Below, in pieces: positions 8,639 through 16,682 of a stretch of 23,791 nt of DNA. A program made the translations under genes and the position numbers. Below the pieces are notes generated by a model. That model was given only the letters and a program-made list of their open reading frames with translations. It was not told the DNA's origin and ran no database searches. This DNA comes from Granulicella sp. Lineage in GTDB: Bacteria > Acidobacteriota > Terriglobia > Terriglobales > Acidobacteriaceae. Each line of letters begins with the position of its first letter. The first letter of the stretch is position 1. Where the stretch lies: assembly GCA_027339965.1 (NCBI GenBank), contig DAHWNL010000080.1:1-23791 (forward strand). Reading direction: 5' to 3'.

Positions 8639-8760
8639 GTCGTATCACTCCACCATTCATCATACGTGCAGCGCCAATTTGCATCTCGCCGAGCTCTTTG
8701 CGGCTCGACCGAAATGTTGGGCCTGGAGACTTATGGCGTGGAGTAGCGGATAGGTTCCGG

Positions 8761-9471
8761 CTAGCTTCCAGTTGGTGAGCCCTGTGCGTCGTCTCCGCGC
8801 TGCCAGATCTCTGTATAGAGCAGGCCACAGAGGAGACTGTGCCGAGCGATGCGGTGGAAGCCTGCGGCGGAGAGTGCGGAGGCTGGATCAGGGAGGTGGG
8901 TGACGCGGAGGCCGGTGAGGATTCTGAAGGCGAGGTAGAGAAGCCGGATATACAGAGCCGCGAGCGGTGCCAGCCACGGGCGGGAGGGGATGGCGAAGTC
9001 GGAGAGCAGCCAGAGAGCGCCGGGGCGCGTGTGGGCGGCCATGTGGTTTGCCAGGCGATCCAGTTCTGGTTGGGTCAGGCAATCCAGAAAGAAGTGGCTG
9101 ACGATCAGGTCCGCGCAGCCTTTCCACTGGCCTTGATCGAAGAACTCCACAGCCGAGACCTGGCGGGTCTGAAGACGATCGCTGTAGAGCCGGCAGCGGC
9201 GGCGCAGCAGGCCGAGCATGGCGTCACTGGAGTCAATTGCGACGGCCTGGAGCCGGGTCTGCTGGGCGAGCAATCTGGCCAGAAAGCGACCGTCGCCGTC
9301 GCCCAGAACCAGAGCGGCGCCGCGTTCGATCTCCAGGGCGGGTTGCAGCGCGGGCAGTTCGGCGAGGAAGTGGGTGCGGGCTCTCTGCAAAAGCGGACCC
9401 AGGGTGAGGTACTCGGCCCAGCGGTACATGCGGGCGATGCGGTTGAAGCTGAGCGAGGGAGCGGAGGTCAT
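8761..9471 (-). CDS. Class I SAM-dependent methyltransferase
   Basis: Motif I ALVLGDGDGRF, AIDSSDAML, DLIVSHFFLDCL, RPGALWLLSDF. Confidence 0.88.
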   Translation of the reverse strand: MTSAPSLSFNRIARMYRWAEYLTLGPLLQRARTHFLAELPALQPALEIERGAALVLGDGDGRFLARLLAQQTRLQAVAIDSSDAMLGLLRRRCRLYSDRLQTRQVSAVEFFDQGQWKGCADLIVSHFFLDCLTQPELDRLANHMAAHTRPGALWLLSDFAIPSRPWLAPLAALYIRLLYLAFRILTGLRVTHLPDPASALSAAGFHRIARHSLLCGLLYTEIWQRGDDAQGSPTGS

Positions 9472-9534
9472 GGCGCGGGCCTTGGAGGTCTTTGCTGCGC
9501 AATGGTTTCGGCGGGGAAGGTTGTGCGGCAGACT

Positions 9535-10833
9535 TTAGCGCATCAAGAAAAGCAGCAGCAGAGGGGTGAGAAGCACCAGGTCAGCAGCGCCGCGCAGGTG
9601 GATCGGGGAGAGTTTCCGGCGCAAGCGATCCAGCGTGATCAGTGCCGCAGCACTGAGGGCGCAGGCCAAGGCGGGAAGCTCCGTGGCCTGCATGCCGGGA
9701 TAGCCAAAGCGGCGGCAGGCCACTGCGATCAGGGTCGAGAGAGCAAGGGTGGTCCAGGCAAAGGGCTGGAGATAGTGGAGGCCCCATCGTGTGCTCCAGT
9801 GGGGCAAAAGGCCGGCAGCCTGTGAAAGCGAACGGCGGTCAATCTCAAAATCAGGCTTTCCTCCGGAGATCGAGTCTTCGGCAGATGGGTGTTCCCAGCA
9901 GTAGAGATAGAGGCAGTTCAGGGTGCAGATGCAGGCGAGGAGAATGGCCGAAGGCAGAAGTGAGGGGCGTAGCCAGATGGCTGCATGGCCCAGCAGATGA
10001 GCGGCCTGTGGCGCGGGAACGGTACGGGCCAGCGTGGGGATGAAGATAGCGGCGGGGAAGAAGATGCCGACGGCGAGTTCTTTAGGTAGAGGGCGGAGGC
10101 GCGGACGGCCTCTGGCGGAGGCAGGCAAGGGCCGGACATGGATCATCAGCATCCACGCCGCCAGCAGTGTGGCCAGGACGGCGTAGCGGTACAGGGAACC
10201 TGGGTCAAGAGAACAAAGAAGAGGCGTGAGCGCCAGGCTGGCGAGCAGGATGACGACCAGAAAGCCTCTTCGGTGACGGTGGTGGAAGTAGTGCCGGTCC
10301 CGCATCTCTAGAAGGCCGACGCTGAGAAGATTCGCAGGGAGACCAAGATCCAACAGTCGAGCGTCAAACAGACGATCGGTGGCATAGATCATCCAGACGG
10401 CGAGAAACGTGGCGGCAGTCGAGGTCCAGGGAAGCTCCACGTGGCAACAGCGGGCGATAAAGAGGGTCCAAATGGAGGCGACGGTGGGCGCATCCAGAGA
10501 GAGCAGGTGCCAGAGCGCCAGTGGGGAGTGTCTCTTCTTGCAAAAAACAGAACGGTCTTCGCGGGCGCCGACCGGTGACAGAGAGACTAGCCTCGGCAGA
10601 GGTTCGGAGGCAGCATGGAGCGCGGCCGGAGACCCGGGCCGGGCCTTCTCCCTGCGCACGGATGCGGCTCCGGCCCGCCACGAGTGCGCGGGAGGAGGAA
10701 GGCTCGAAGATTCGCTGGAATCTGTCTGAAACGACTGGCTGGAAGCGGGAGAAGAGTTCATCTTTGATTCAAGTGGTGCACCGTGGGAGTTCCATGGATC
10801 TGCTTGGCGGTCTGCCGATGGCGTGGTTTGCAT
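9535..10833 (-). CDS. Polytopic membrane protein, distant UbiA prenyltransferase-like; true start probably downstream of 10833
   Basis: About 8 hydrophobic segments, WHLLSLDAPTVA, IYATDRLFDARLLD (NDxxDxxxD-like), RHYFH, LPKELAVG. The first ~100 aa are low-complexity and may not be translated. Confidence 0.65.
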   Translation of the reverse strand: MQTTPSADRQADPWNSHGAPLESKMNSSPASSQSFQTDSSESSSLPPPAHSWRAGAASVRREKARPGSPAALHAASEPLPRLVSLSPVGAREDRSVFCKKRHSPLALWHLLSLDAPTVASIWTLFIARCCHVELPWTSTAATFLAVWMIYATDRLFDARLLDLGLPANLLSVGLLEMRDRHYFHHRHRRGFLVVILLASLALTPLLCSLDPGSLYRYAVLATLLAAWMLMIHVRPLPASARGRPRLRPLPKELAVGIFFPAAIFIPTLARTVPAPQAAHLLGHAAIWLRPSLLPSAILLACICTLNCLYLYCWEHPSAEDSISGGKPDFEIDRRSLSQAAGLLPHWSTRWGLHYLQPFAWTTLALSTLIAVACRRFGYPGMQATELPALACALSAAALITLDRLRRKLSPIHLRGAADLVLLTPLLLLFLMR

Positions 10834-10939
10834 CTTCTGCGGGTGAGATGGCTGGCTCTGCCGCCATCATGATGTGGCGCTGGAAATCTGGGACTTGTCG
10901 AGGGCGAAGTCTGTTTCGAGAGCTGCCGTCTGGTCTCGC

Positions 10940-12790
10940 TCAGGGTTCTCCACTGGACCCAATCGAGGCCGGGACCGGACCTCTGCCCGCGTTGGTTGCC
11001 GGCCGGCTTGATTCGGCAGACCAGAGGCTGGGATCGATCTCGGCGAAGATGCTGTCGGAATCTTCGATGGCGGCCAGCCGCGCCTCCTGATTCGGCGAGA
11101 TGGCGCGCTGGGAGACAAAGTGCTGCCAGATGGATTTGAGTTCGCCAAAGGAGTCGTGATGGGTTCGAAAGCGACGTTCGGCGTAGTCCCTGGCCGCGCC
11201 CGTTGTGATGAGAAACTGCCAGTCAGAGGATTCCATCAGGAGCAGTTCGCGGCAGAGCTGCCTGGCGATGCGCAGGCCCATGCCCCCATCCTTCCATAGC
11301 GTACCGCTGCAGAGATTGCGGAGATCCATCTCGGCGGGGTAAATCTGAGCATAGGTCCATGCGGTGCTGGAGTTCATCCAGGCCGTGTTGGCTCCTTCCG
11401 CACCCCAGGATCCTTCCTGCATTCGGATGAAGTCTTCCGGCGGAAAACGGTCGAGATAGTTGGAGCCGGAGGTGAGTTGAATGTCAATTGGGTCGTCGTG
11501 CAGGACGCGGGCGGTGGCTTCCAGCCAACGCGGACCCTCGAACCACCAGTGGCCGAAGAGCTCCGCGTCGAAGGGCGAGCAGAGGATGGGAGGGGTGCGG
11601 CCGTTGAAGGCAGGACGTATGGCCTCCCGGACCATTTGGACGAAGTGGCCGGCATGGGACTGGATCCTCTCAGCCGCCAGCGCGGGATTGTAGGGCTGTT
11701 TTTCGGCAATGTCCACGCCGGCGCCGGTCACAGACCAGTAGCGATGGCCACCCGGCCAGCGCTTCTTGTGGAAGTCGAGATAATGGCTGTCGGCAGGGTA
11801 TCCGACGTCGCCGGACCAGACCTGAATGCCGGAGCCGGGATCGCGAGGGAAGGCGCTGACGGGGCGCTCACGGCGTTCCGAGACGTAGGGTCCATCGACG
11901 AAGTAGGGCTGATAAAGGCGTCGGCAGCCCCCGTTGGGCAGCGGTTGCTTGCTGTGGCGGGCAACCCGGCCGTTCAGCAAGTAGTACGGAGAGTGGGTGC
12001 GGGCAGACTCTTCTACCAGATGGGCGTCAACAAAGAAGAAGTCGAGGTTGGACTCACGCACAGCCTGTTCGATGCCGATGCGGTCAAAATCAGGGGCGAA
12101 CGGGGATCCGTTGTTCTCCAGGATCGGATACGACCACAGGCCGGAGGGGCGGTAGCCACACTCCGGCGCCCAGATTCCACGCGGACGCTTGCCCAGATGG
12201 CGCTGATGGACGGCCACGCCGGTTCGGATCTGGGCGCGCACGCTCTCGTCGGTCCCCAGCAACGGCAAGTAGCCGTGGGTGGCAGCGCAGGTGATGATCT
12301 CAATCAGCCCCTTGTCATTGAACTGGCGGAAGCCTTGGATGATGTCTCGATTCAGGGTTTCAAAGTCTTCCAGGATGCCGGCGAAGTGCTTCTGCCAGAA
12401 ACCCGCAAGTTCGGAGTAATGGGGCTCACCGGTGGAGGAGAAGTAGGCTTCATCCTCGCGAGCAGCCATGATCTTGCGTTCCAGGTAGCGGGGAAAGTCG
12501 GCTTTGAAGACGGGATGAGCGAGCTGTTCCAGCAGAATCGGCGACAGGTTAAGGTTGCAATGCAGGGCAATGCCATCGCGTTCCAGGTTGGAGAAGACAC
12601 GCAGCAGGGGAAGATAGGTCTCCGCAGCAGCTTCATGCAGCCACTCGATGCCGTGCGGCCACGTGCCGTGGTTGACAACGTAGGGCAAATGGGCATGAAG
12701 AGTGAAAGAGAGATAGCCGGGGGGATCGGTTGCGGAGTGAGCGACCAAGCCGGAGCGGTTTGTTTCTTGAAGGATCGAACTCAAGGGCAT
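10940..12790 (-). CDS. GH57 1,4-alpha-glucan branching enzyme (DUF1957 C-terminus)
   Basis: HAHLPYV, ETYLPL, THGYLPL, GIWAPECGY (nucleophile Glu), PFDAELFGHWWFEG (acid/base Asp), ELLLMESSDWQF. Confidence 0.92.
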   Translation of the reverse strand: MPLSSILQETNRSGLVAHSATDPPGYLSFTLHAHLPYVVNHGTWPHGIEWLHEAAAETYLPLLRVFSNLERDGIALHCNLNLSPILLEQLAHPVFKADFPRYLERKIMAAREDEAYFSSTGEPHYSELAGFWQKHFAGILEDFETLNRDIIQGFRQFNDKGLIEIITCAATHGYLPLLGTDESVRAQIRTGVAVHQRHLGKRPRGIWAPECGYRPSGLWSYPILENNGSPFAPDFDRIGIEQAVRESNLDFFFVDAHLVEESARTHSPYYLLNGRVARHSKQPLPNGGCRRLYQPYFVDGPYVSERRERPVSAFPRDPGSGIQVWSGDVGYPADSHYLDFHKKRWPGGHRYWSVTGAGVDIAEKQPYNPALAAERIQSHAGHFVQMVREAIRPAFNGRTPPILCSPFDAELFGHWWFEGPRWLEATARVLHDDPIDIQLTSGSNYLDRFPPEDFIRMQEGSWGAEGANTAWMNSSTAWTYAQIYPAEMDLRNLCSGTLWKDGGMGLRIARQLCRELLLMESSDWQFLITTGAARDYAERRFRTHHDSFGELKSIWQHFVSQRAISPNQEARLAAIEDSDSIFAEIDPSLWSAESSRPATNAGRGPVPASIGSSGEP

Positions 12791-13056
12791 GTTCCCTTCT
12801 GGGAGTGGCTTTTTGCAGTTCGCTGCCAGGGAAGATCGCGGACCAGGAGCCGTGCGACCGAGTTGCTCTCTTTCTTAGACGGCGCGCCGCGGTGAGAGGC
12901 AGCAACCGAGCCGGCTTGCGCACAAGCTTGCTCCTGTGTGTCTATCCAGAATGCCCCTCAGGATGCCCCTGATGTGGCCAAAGACGGACAGCCCAACACG
13001 ACGCGCCATCGGCAGGAAGAAAAAGAGAACCGCTAATCCTTAAGATGCGATGACTC

Positions 13057-13250
13057 ACCCGCAGGCTGCATCAACATTGGTTGAAGCAGCCTGCGGGTTG
13101 CCGCAGACCATGCAACCCGATCGAATGCTGCGGCATCCAGACCAAGAGGCAAAAGATCATGCCCGGAGAATACTCTGGCTCCAGGCGCCAGGCGGAACTG
13201 GGACAACGCAAGGAATCCCCTCCCGAAGCGGGGGGGGACAAGCCTTTTCT
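13057..13250. other. Structured intergenic element (cluster of inverted repeats); candidate sRNA or regulatory leader
   Basis: Stems at 13057-13098 (13+5 bp), 13099-13135 (8 bp), 13161-13186, 13188-13201 and 13216-13238. No match to an RNA family I can recognise. Confidence 0.4.
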
Positions 13251-13355
13251 GGCGAACCATCCCCTGACAACCACTTTGGGATGGCTCTGCATACGGCGTC
13301 TTTGCTCGCAAGGAGTATCCTGAGGCAGAGCATTCGGTCAAGATAGGAGATTTCC

Positions 13356-13772
13356 ATGGCAGATAACGGCGGATTTGGATGGTTTTTGGCAGGGTTGGGA
13401 ATTGGAGCGCTGGTGGGTGTGCTGTATGCGCCCAGAAGCGGCAAGGAGACGCGCGAGGACCTGGTGGCAGGAGCCAAAGAGGCCAAGGATCGAGCCAACC
13501 AGCTCTACGAGCAGGGTAAGGCCCAGGTGGAAGAGTTTGCCGACAGGGGACGGCAGGCTGCCGGTGACTACGTGGACAAGGGGAGACAGACAGCGGCCGA
13601 GTACGTGGACAAAGGCCGGGAGTACTACAACCGTGGCCGCGGCCAGTGGAGCCAGTACGTTGAGAAGGGTAAGGATCTCATCCAAACCCAGGCTGAGGCG
13701 ACAAAGGCCATGGTCGAGGCCGGCAAGGAGGCCTACATCGCCAAGACCAAGGAGAGCGCTCCGGTTGCCTAG
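13356..13772 (+). CDS. YtxH domain-containing protein (general stress protein-like)
   Basis: N-terminal FLAGLGIGALVGVLYAPRSGKETR signature followed by amphipathic helical repeats. AGGAG SD upstream. Confidence 0.9.
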   Translation: MADNGGFGWFLAGLGIGALVGVLYAPRSGKETREDLVAGAKEAKDRANQLYEQGKAQVEEFADRGRQAAGDYVDKGRQTAAEYVDKGREYYNRGRGQWSQYVEKGKDLIQTQAEATKAMVEAGKEAYIAKTKESAPVA

Positions 13773-13844
13773 CGCCGCTGCAGCCTGCCTGGGTTGTTCT
13801 TGGTGGCTACCGGTTTGACCTCTTCCCGAGAAGCGTCTTCGCGG

Positions 13845-13870
13845 GGGCCGGCGTGTGGCCGGCCCTTTTT
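13845..13870 (+). terminator. Rho-independent terminator after the YtxH gene
   Basis: GGGCCGGC-GTGTG-GCCGGCCC perfect 8-bp stem followed by TTTTT. Confidence 0.8.
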
Positions 13871-14096
13871 CATGTGAGCGGTCGCCGGGCAAACCAGCCT
13901 GCTATGCGCAGCAGCTTCCCGCTGGAGGTAGGGATCTCCTGGCGCCAGCTTGACCTCGCGATCCCTGGGCAGCGACGGATGACCGGTTCCGAGCGGGTCG
14001 ATGCGATCGATTACCGGCTGTAGGGATTTTTTTGAGTATAACTAAAAGACAAGACACAAAGGCACTAGACCTTCGAGATCAAAAAGGAGCGCGTTC

Positions 14097-14696
14097 ATGC
14101 CGGTTCTCAATGGCGCAGCGGTATTCTTCCTTCGCGAGTCGGATCTTACCCAGAGCGATATTCATCTGATCATCCTCCTGCTGGTGGTGATCGCCGTGGC
14201 GCTGGTGCTGCAGGCGCTGGGCGTCGTGATCGCAAGCGCCGTCGCTGCGCGGACGCTGGTACGAGCAAGGACCCTTATCGGCATGGTGGAGGCTAAGGCG
14301 TCTCCCGTGCTGGACCAGACAACGTCGGTCCTGAACCAGACAAGGACAGTGATGGATCAGACCCAGGCGCTGCTAACAGACTTGACGCCCAGGCTGCGCC
14401 GGATGAGCGAGAGCGCGGAGCAGATCTCCGCCACGGTGCGAGCCCGCGTGGAGGACTTGAACCTAACGGTGAGGGAGCTGAACGATACTGTGCGGGATAT
14501 CAATGACCAAGCTCGGACGCAGGTGCAGCGTGTGGACGGCATTGTCCGCGATGCGCTGGATGCGACCGAAGAGATCTCCCAGACAGTGCAACAGGGAATC
14601 CGGGGCCCCATCAAGCAGATAGCTGCGATCATGGCCGGAGTTCAGGCGGCGATCAAGGTTCTGGTGGAGCGCTCCCCGTTTCGGCCAAGGGGATAA
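14097..14696 (+). CDS. Membrane-anchored coiled-coil protein, DUF948/YoxC(YtxG)-like
   Basis: 199 aa with one N-terminal TM helix then a long heptad-rich helix. AAGGAG SD; adjacent to YtxH. Confidence 0.7.
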   Translation: MPVLNGAAVFFLRESDLTQSDIHLIILLLVVIAVALVLQALGVVIASAVAARTLVRARTLIGMVEAKASPVLDQTTSVLNQTRTVMDQTQALLTDLTPRLRRMSESAEQISATVRARVEDLNLTVRELNDTVRDINDQARTQVQRVDGIVRDALDATEEISQTVQQGIRGPIKQIAAIMAGVQAAIKVLVERSPFRPRG

Positions 14697-14846
14697 CGCA
14701 GCGGGAAGGAAGCTCTGTCACTGCCGGGCGGGTGCCTGGCTTAACGGGGCAGACTGCGTCTCGGCGCGATAACCTTTTCCTTATTGAGGGATTTTCCCAC
14801 CGGGCTTGTTGTGACGATTTCATGGGAGGAAACGCTCACACAGGGC

Positions 14847-14866
14847 GAGGCATCGGAAGATGCCTC
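14847..14866. terminator. Perfect hairpin between convergent genes, possible terminator or stabiliser
   Basis: GAGGCATC-GGAA-GATGCCTC, about 30 nt past the mnmA stop. No U tract on either side. Confidence 0.35.
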
Positions 14867-14895
14867 CACGGAAAAGATGGTAGGCCGACAAATCC

Positions 14896-16035
14896 TTAAT
14901 CAAGACGTTCGGCCGTGATCCAACCGCCGCCTGCAACCTCATCGCCCTGGTAAAAGACCGCGGACTGCCCTGGGGTGATGGCGCGCTGGGGCTGATCGAA
15001 GATGGCCTCGATCTTGTCCGGAGCGGTGATTCGAAGGGTGGCCGGGGCCGGTTCGTGACGATGGCGGATCTTGATGCTGACCCGGATGGGGGTAGCAGGT
15101 GCGGGGATGGAGACCCAGTTCAGGCGGTCGGCGGTGAACCTGGAGCCCAGAAGCTCGGAATCGTCGCCCACCTCCACTTGGCGAGATTCGGGATGAATCC
15201 TGAGGACGTAGAGCGGATCGGGCGAACTGACCCCCAGGCCCTTGCGCTGACCAACAGTGAAGGTGTGAATGCCGGAGTGGGGCCCCAGGATCTGGCCGGA
15301 GGTAGTTACGAGCTCGCCAGAGGTGTCGGGCAGCTCTCGGCCCTGTTCGGCGAAATAGGCGCTCAAGAAGTTTTGGTAACTGCCGCCGGGGATAAAGCAG
15401 ATCTCCTGCGAGTCCGGCTTCTGGGCCAGCTCCAGACCATGGTCGGCCGCCAGGCTGCGAACTTCCGGCTTGCACATCTCTCCCAAGGGAAACAGGGTTC
15501 GGCTGAGCTGCATCTGAGTCAGGCCAAAGAGGAAGTAAGTCTGGTCCTTGGACTTGTCCTCGGGCCGCGAGAGGATCCAGCGTTCGCGCTCTGGATCGTA
15601 GCGGTTGCGCGCATAGTGGCCAGTGGCGATGCGCTCGGCTCCGATCTGGCGCGCAGTCAGGAGTAATTGATCGAACTTGAGATGATTGTTGCAAAGGGTG
15701 CAGGGAACGGGAGTGCGGCCGGCCAGATATTCACTGACAAACGGTCGAACCACCTCGCTCTCGAATCGCTCCTGGGCGTTGACCAGATAGTATGGAATGC
15801 CGAGATGCTCGGCGACGCGGCGAGCGTCGTAGACGTCATCCACGGAGCAGCAGCGGCCCTGCGGAACGGTTTCGGGAAGGCCAAGGCCGGCGTAGTTGGC
15901 CGCCAAACGGCGCTGGTTCCAAAGCTGGAGGGTGAGACCCACGATGGGATATCCCTGGGCATGCAGGAGCGCTGCGACGGCCGAAGAGTCGACGCCGCCG
16001 GACATGGCTACGGCTATGGTGCCCTGCTGAGACAT
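14896..16035 (-). CDS. mnmA: tRNA-specific 2-thiouridylase MnmA
   Basis: AMSGGVDSS PP-loop, PCTLCN, IATGHYAR, KDQTYFL, DSQEICF, TVGQRKGLG, AITPGQSAVFY. Confidence 0.97.
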   Translation of the reverse strand: MSQQGTIAVAMSGGVDSSAVAALLHAQGYPIVGLTLQLWNQRRLAANYAGLGLPETVPQGRCCSVDDVYDARRVAEHLGIPYYLVNAQERFESEVVRPFVSEYLAGRTPVPCTLCNNHLKFDQLLLTARQIGAERIATGHYARNRYDPERERWILSRPEDKSKDQTYFLFGLTQMQLSRTLFPLGEMCKPEVRSLAADHGLELAQKPDSQEICFIPGGSYQNFLSAYFAEQGRELPDTSGELVTTSGQILGPHSGIHTFTVGQRKGLGVSSPDPLYVLRIHPESRQVEVGDDSELLGSRFTADRLNWVSIPAPATPIRVSIKIRHRHEPAPATLRITAPDKIEAIFDQPQRAITPGQSAVFYQGDEVAGGGWITAERLD

Positions 16036-16373
16036 AAGCCTTTGACTTTCTTGCTGCTACTGGAATGTGGCCCGGCGGTGGCCCGGCTGTCTGGCTGCCC
16101 TGAAGAGGGTGTTGCAAGGCTTCCGCCGGAGCCCTTTCCGCACCGGAGATTCCAGGAGCGAGTCAGACCCAACTATGATGATAGTCTGCTCAGAAGCCCG
16201 CCGGAAGAGCGGGATGCCATTCACCAGAGGATCATCAGCGGGGTGGCCGGCGATGCTGAGAGACCGCGCGACCGGGAGCGGTAAGGTGGCTTAAAGACGA
16301 GATCAGGCCAGAAGCAAGAAGAGGACCAGGCGGCTGGGGATCGCGATTGGACGACAAGAAGCAATAGCAGACG

Positions 16374-16577
16374 ATGAAGTCCCTGTGGACACTGTTCCGC
16401 GGTGAGCCGTTGCTGCGTGAGGCCGGCTTGGTGGGCGCACTGACCTTTGCTCCTTCAGTTGCTTCTGGACGACGCTGGCCTATCTGCTCGGCTCGCACTA
16501 TGGAATGGGCCCCGGAGTAGCCGGAACCTTTGCTGTGGTGGGAGCGGCAGGGGCCATGGTGGCGCCCCTGGCCGGCG
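16374..16577 (+). pseudogene. Internal fragment of an MFS transporter with a 1-nt deletion
   Basis: Manual translation MKSLWTLFRGEPLLREAGLVGALTFA / SFSCFWTTLAYLLGSHYGMGPGVAGTFAVVGAAGAMVAPLAG, shifting frame at about 16449. Resembles the central loop and TM7-8 of MFS permeases; both ends are missing. Confidence 0.7.
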
Positions 16578-16682
16578 GTCGGGTCGAGCTTGTTTTGGCC
16601 AAGCAGCCGCCGGGCCAGTTGCGCTCGCCGACCTCCGGATCTGGATCTTCGGAACGGATGAGGCGGTACATCTCGGAAAGAG

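Noticed and set aside
6840..8760. Prophage, IS or integrative element around the TA/Abi genes
   Set aside because: No integrase, transposase, tRNA, terminal inverted repeats or flanking direct repeats were seen.
12951..12970. ATGCCCCT direct repeat upstream of the GH57 gene
   Set aside because: Only 8 bp in two copies; plausible by chance.
13160..13225. Cobalamin, c-di-GMP or glycine riboswitch, or 6S RNA
   Set aside because: Only fragmentary resemblance (GAGCCAGA on the minus strand); core consensus elements and a rod-like 6S fold were not found.
13033..13346. Several 70-100 aa ORFs in the GH57-YtxH intergenic region
   Set aside because: No clear SD, no motifs, mutually overlapping; the region looks structured rather than coding.
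13925..13966. Pseudoknot-like pairing GAGGT/ACCTC with AGGGATC/GATCCCT
   Set aside because: Loop lengths of 0 and 2 nt are sterically implausible, and short GC-rich matches are expected by chance.
16067..16087. GTGGCCCGGC tandem duplication upstream of mnmA
   Set aside because: Two copies only; likely a slippage event with no evidence of function.
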